Positions 11,198-13,436 of a stretch of 13,436 nucleotides of DNA are shown here, one piece after another. Positions within the stretch are counted from its first letter, which is position 1, and each line of letters starts with the position of its first letter. Made by a program: the position numbers and the translations under genes. The DNA comes from a virus (lineage: Duplodnaviria > Heunggongvirae > Uroviricota > Caudoviricetes). The notes beneath the pieces are model-generated. The model saw only the letters and a program-made list of their open reading frames with translations. It was not told where the DNA came from and searched no databases. The stretch lies in the IMG/VR virus record IMGVR_UViG_2802429224_000007, positions 1 through 13,436 of that record. One strand, 5' to 3'.

Positions 11198-11766
11198 TCT
11201 GACTCTCCAGCCTGAAAAGCGCGGATGTCGGCAAGATTATTCAGGCTATCCAGCACATCCTTCATCTGTCGCTGACGTCGATAAATTTCATCGTTGCGGT
11301 TAACTTGCGCCCGTGCCATTGCTGTAGCCAGCTCTTCAAGCTCTGGCATCGACATCTTCACTTGTTGATTATCGGCGTCACCCCATGCCATAACGTCCCG
11401 TGCTGTGTCGGATTTCGCAGCCATTACTACCGGATAAAGGCGGGTCAGTGAGTCCGGGCCAGCGTTCCAGGTGCGTCCGTTCCATTCGAATGCGAACGGC
11501 TGCGCTTCCTGTTCTGTTCGCCAGGCTTCGATTTCCTGGCGTTTTGCGGCTTTTGCCGCTGCGATAAGTTCCGGCGTGACGGTGAACGGGGCGATTTCGC
11601 CCCATTTGCCGCTTTGCAGTTCCCGCCAGACTCGCTGGCCTGTTGTTGCTGTGTCTTCTGATGTGGCTGTGTAGGGAACAAATTCCCCCATTCCTTCAAA
11701 AAGCACTTCGCAGTCAATCGCTCCAGATTCCAGATAACGTGGATTCAGAATTTTTATAACTCGCAT
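11194..11766 (-). CDS. Putative tail fiber assembly / chaperone-like protein (190 aa, acidic, helical C-terminal half)
   Basis: TAATG overlap with the upstream 419-aa gene; SD gagga. Position directly after a fiber-like gene and the pattern ...FEWNGRTW...MSMPELEELATAMARAQ... resemble phage tail-assembly chaperone families (DUF4376-like). Assignment from memory only. Confidence 0.4.
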   Translation of the reverse strand: MRVIKILNPRYLESGAIDCEVLFEGMGEFVPYTATSEDTATTGQRVWRELQSGKWGEIAPFTVTPELIAAAKAAKRQEIEAWRTEQEAQPFAFEWNGRTWNAGPDSLTRLYPVVMAAKSDTARDVMAWGDADNQQVKMSMPELEELATAMARAQVNRNDEIYRRQRQMKDVLDSLNNLADIRAFQAGESE

Positions 11767-13025
11767 TACGCAATCCTCATAAACAGCCCTACAACAGCCC
11801 TTGTGTAGACATTGACCGAGTCGGTGCTGGATAAAGAAATGTAAGTGCCTGAAAGGTCGGCTCCACCTACAAGTGCAGTGGGGCCTGATTCAAATCCTGA
11901 AGAACGAAAATCCGCATAAAACGTCGCCTGTCGAAGCCTTGAGCCGGAATATGACCGTCCACGAATCAGCGTTTTTTTGCTTTCGCTGTCTGAATCTCCG
12001 GTATATGCGGCAAGAACAAGTCCTCCAATATCAGGGAGGTTGTGGTATGAGTCAGTCCATGAATACAATACTCGCGTAAAATCATCCACCTTAAGTAGTT
12101 TTTTTTCCCAACTGTCAGGCAGGGTTGCAGGGGTGATACCGCTGTGAATTCTTGCTGTATAACTCTCCCCATTTATTCCTTTAAAAATTACCTGCTTCGT
12201 TTCTTTTTGCTGATTCTCCGGGGTGGTATTTGTGCGAATTTCAATATCCAGATAGCCGGAAAAAACCAGCGTGCTGGGGCCAGTAATTATGGGGTTCTTT
12301 TTACTGCCACCGAACTGGCTGACAAGATAACGCCCGGGTGGTGTTTCACGTACCCACTGTAAAAATTCGGTCGGCCCCCTTTCGGCACTGAATTTAATTT
12401 CCTCTCCATATTTAAACAGTGCACCAAAGCCGAATGCACCTGGTATGGCAAGGCAACCTTCGGTGCGGTCGTAAATATCGCTCTGGGATTCCATTGTAGA
12501 CGCACTTTTTAGTCCCAGATTGTTTCGGGATTCCTGCTGCGCCTCTTCTCCCTCTGCTGCAATTTCTGACAATCGGTTAGGAGCTTTCAGCATTGATTTC
12601 AGCTCGGGGGTAATATCCACCTGCCAGCTCTGTGGAGGAACGGTAATCTGCGCAGCCTGAGCCACGCCCTGATAAGTAATCGTGAAATTCCTGACCAGTG
12701 ACTCGCCAGTATGTTTCTGGCGAACAGGGGTTTTTATTACGCCGCACAGTGTTCTGCTGGCCTGATGAATGAGGCAAATCCAGTCATAGCTGAATGCACA
12801 GTCATCAGGAACAACTGCGCTACACACAATATTGTTCGGGTTTAACTGGCCATAGGTCAGTTCATTCACAGCATATGTGATTTTTTCTTCCGGAACGGTA
12901 TTATCTTCGCGCGTTGGTTCCCGCTCCATCAGAGCAAAAATAATGGCGTCAGGACGTGCAGGTAAATTACTGGCTGTGCATTCGGCAACCCACTTTTCAA
13001 ATGCTTTCGTTAACAGTGCGCTCAT
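11766..13025 (-). CDS. Putative phage tail fiber protein (419 aa) with a divergent tail-collar/fiber N-terminal domain
   Basis: N-terminal ~120 aa follows the spacing pattern of P2 gpH / Mu gpS-type fiber N-domains (VVPDD..F.YDWICL...TL.GV compared with VIPADVGGF..RE.GL.D..G.LIAV), but the conserved GDG motif is absent. Followed by a chaperone-like gene. Low-confidence functional call. Confidence 0.4.
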   Translation of the reverse strand: MSALLTKAFEKWVAECTASNLPARPDAIIFALMEREPTREDNTVPEEKITYAVNELTYGQLNPNNIVCSAVVPDDCAFSYDWICLIHQASRTLCGVIKTPVRQKHTGESLVRNFTITYQGVAQAAQITVPPQSWQVDITPELKSMLKAPNRLSEIAAEGEEAQQESRNNLGLKSASTMESQSDIYDRTEGCLAIPGAFGFGALFKYGEEIKFSAERGPTEFLQWVRETPPGRYLVSQFGGSKKNPIITGPSTLVFSGYLDIEIRTNTTPENQQKETKQVIFKGINGESYTARIHSGITPATLPDSWEKKLLKVDDFTRVLYSWTDSYHNLPDIGGLVLAAYTGDSDSESKKTLIRGRSYSGSRLRQATFYADFRSSGFESGPTALVGGADLSGTYISLSSTDSVNVYTRAVVGLFMRIA

Positions 13026-13031
13026 TACTTC

Positions 13032-13436
13032 TTAATTCTCGCTAATGTTCTGCGGTAATTCTGGCCATACAATCGAGGCATACGATGCTTTATCTGTAAC
13101 CTGGCTGAATGTCATCTGCTGTAGTGCTTTCGCATAAATACGGCATGCTTTCAGTTTTTCCCTGTCTTCGTCGCTGATTAATCCCAGCAGCAGGTCTTTT
13201 TCCCATTCGCTGGTCATGATGCTGGCCTGTTTTAACAGTGCATCACGCTCATCTTCCGCTTTAAGTTTGTAGTCAAAAACAAATGCATCATTGCGGTAGA
13301 ACCAGTAACCCGACGCCTCAATGCGACGATTGGCGGTAATATCCGGTAGCTCAATCACGCTTTTATTTTCCGGGCAGATTGAGGTGATGTCTTTTCCAAC
13401 CCAGACCACTTCGCCAGTTTCAACATAAATAACTTT
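13032..13436 (-). CDS. Tail fiber assembly protein, P2 gpG / Tfa family (5'-truncated by the window end)
   Basis: The frame is open to the window edge; the ORF-track start at 13409 is a GTG and in-frame codons continue upstream (KVIYVETGEVVWVGKD...). Matches gpG-type Tfa as I recall it: VIELPDITANRR (compare VVEVPDITSNRR) and the C-terminal ...Y..L...D....I.WPELP motif. Confidence 0.7.
   Translation of the reverse strand, partial: KVIYVETGEVVWVGKDITSICPENKSVIELPDITANRRIEASGYWFYRNDAFVFDYKLKAEDERDALLKQASIMTSEWEKDLLLGLISDEDREKLKACRIYAKALQQMTFSQVTDKASYASIVWPELPQNISEN

Larger units (their letters stand above)
6300..13436. mobile_element. Prophage-derived accessory island (partial; left edge approximate, right edge beyond the window)
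   Basis: Core synteny breaks after flk. The region carries an AT-rich cargo gene, a hok-family toxin and a phage tail fiber/assembly operon. No integrase or tRNA is in the window, so boundaries cannot be defined here. Confidence 0.5.

Noticed and set aside
11378-12777. Short ORFs nested in the 190-aa and 419-aa genes (11378..11605, 11445..11717, 11471..11674, 11873..12079, 11966..12172, 12144..12362, 12287..12505, 12577..12777)
   Set aside because: Nested in longer frames that are part of the coupled operon; no independent signals.

Overview
The first ~6.1 kb is a conserved enterobacterial (E. coli-type) core block: a tandem REP/BIME repeat, mnmC (-), the fabB promoter with adjacent FadR-like and FabR-like operator boxes, fabB (+), a REP plus intrinsic terminator, the MFS transporter gene yfcJ (+), and flk (-), whose stop codon overlaps that of yfcJ at a shared TTAA. 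Where E. coli K-12 has pdxB next to flk (from memory), this window instead carries accessory DNA from about 6.3 kb to the window end. That accessory region contains: (i) an AT-rich gene for a 246-aa protein with an N-terminal CxxC...CxxC zinc ribbon and one transmembrane helix, preceded by a G7 homopolymer; (ii) a Hok/Gef-family type I toxin gene (46 aa, minus strand) that the ORF track misses because it is under 60 aa, with an overlapping mok-like frame; (iii) a candidate ~65-nt plus-strand small RNA with a promoter-like element and a strong intrinsic terminator; (iv) a ~540-bp region free of long ORFs carrying TTTACGTCAC direct repeats; and (v) a tightly packed minus-strand operon of six phage-like genes. 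The operon starts with a P2 gpG-type tail fiber assembly protein truncated by the window edge and ends with a 565-aa protein whose C-terminus has an HxH spike/fiber-tip-like motif. No integrase, tRNA or CRISPR array is visible, so the element is partial in this window. All product calls for the phage-like genes rest on motif recall from memory, not on a database search, and are hedged accordingly.
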